Both the position numbers and the translations under genes were made by a program. Under the pieces are notes generated by a model, which saw nothing but the letters and a program-made list of their open reading frames with translations, had not been told where the DNA came from and did no database searches. 64,000 bases of DNA, taken from contig NMRA01000711.1 in the NCBI GenBank assembly GCA_002633005.1, positions 5,925 to 69,924 of the forward strand, in the 5' to 3' direction. Below, piece by piece: positions 63,268 to 64,000 of the stretch. Origin of the DNA: Phoronis australis (taxonomy: Eukaryota; Animalia; Phoronida). Position 1 is the stretch's first letter, and each line of letters begins with the position of its first letter.

Positions 63268-63647
63268 CTCATATTTGGCAAGTCTTGGGAAGGTTGTGAT
63301 GTGATGTGTGGCAGGGAGAGCCCATGCTCACTTGTAACAATACTGGCAAGGTTGTTGTTGTCACCGCGCCCACCAGGGGGCATCTGTCGCTCCACATTGA
63401 TGTCTATGGTTGTCGTGGAGACGCAGTCCGGTGGCGGATTGTGCACGACCGCTGTGGTCACAGTTTGTGTATCACATGAACTCGAGGAAGACTGTCTGCG
63501 TTTATGAGTTTGACCATTGCCACCACTGCTCATGTTATTATTATTATTATTATTATTGTTTATGTATGTAGAGCTTGTCTTGCCATGACTGCCTATACTG
63601 CCAGAACACTGGCTACAACTGGATGTTGGCCGCGATGACAGGCTTGG
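63268..63647 (-). CDS. CAP-Gly domain protein, most 5' exon in the window (poly-Asn, Ser-rich); gene continues beyond the window
   Basis: ctctgtcttctag|CCA AGC..: PSLSSRPTSS...YINNNNNNNNNMSSGG...QDLPNM; phase 0/2, |gtaggc donor. Confidence 0.75.
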
Positions 63648-64000
63648 CTAGAAGACAGAGGAAACATGGTCAGATTACACACTCACTTGACAAGTTGATG
63701 ATGACAGTAAACACATTACTTGCTATTTATACATCATGTCGTCACTTTTATCTTTTTTGGCATTTTTTAATACATTCAAAAGGCCGATTTCCAAAACACC
63801 TAACCACATGACCTTGCACAACTAACCACATGACCTTGGGTAACAGCAAAGAGATAATTGCTAGAATGACTTCTAAGGAACTTTCAAACAGCACCAGCTT
63901 CTACACAAACACATTATTTAGACTTTTCTGTTGTTGTCATAAAGATTGTTCCTCAAAGCCACAACAGTGAGGCAACAAGTGAAACTAGTACAGTACAGGC

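Overview
AT-rich eukaryotic (animal) genomic DNA with spliceosomal introns, N-gaps and allelic-looking duplications at contig joins. It is probably a heterozygous marine invertebrate; deuterostome is an inference from gene and repeat style. Five protein-coding genes were reconstructed by hand with phase-consistent splice sites: (1) a + strand gene (about 3720-15047) with tandemly duplicated phase-0 Ser/Lys-rich mini-exons and one 815-codon terminal exon resembling the bacterial mobilome family TIGR04141/DUF6119, a putative nuclease and the most unusual item here; (2) a two-exon orphan type-I membrane protein (24021-27173); (3) RNF32 (- strand, 8 coding exons, 33265-43540); (4) translin/TSN (+ strand, 6 exons, 43806-49529), head-to-head with RNF32; (5) the 3' part of a coiled-coil/CAP-Gly gene (- strand, 54846-63647, continuing beyond the window). 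Mobile DNA includes an internally deleted Kolobok transposon plus a solo TIR, a Harbinger MITE, a Penelope-like foldback with minimal hammerhead motifs, a LINE 3' end, a tRNA-derived SINE, a possible LTR and several minisatellites. All family assignments come from motif recognition by eye; no searches were run.
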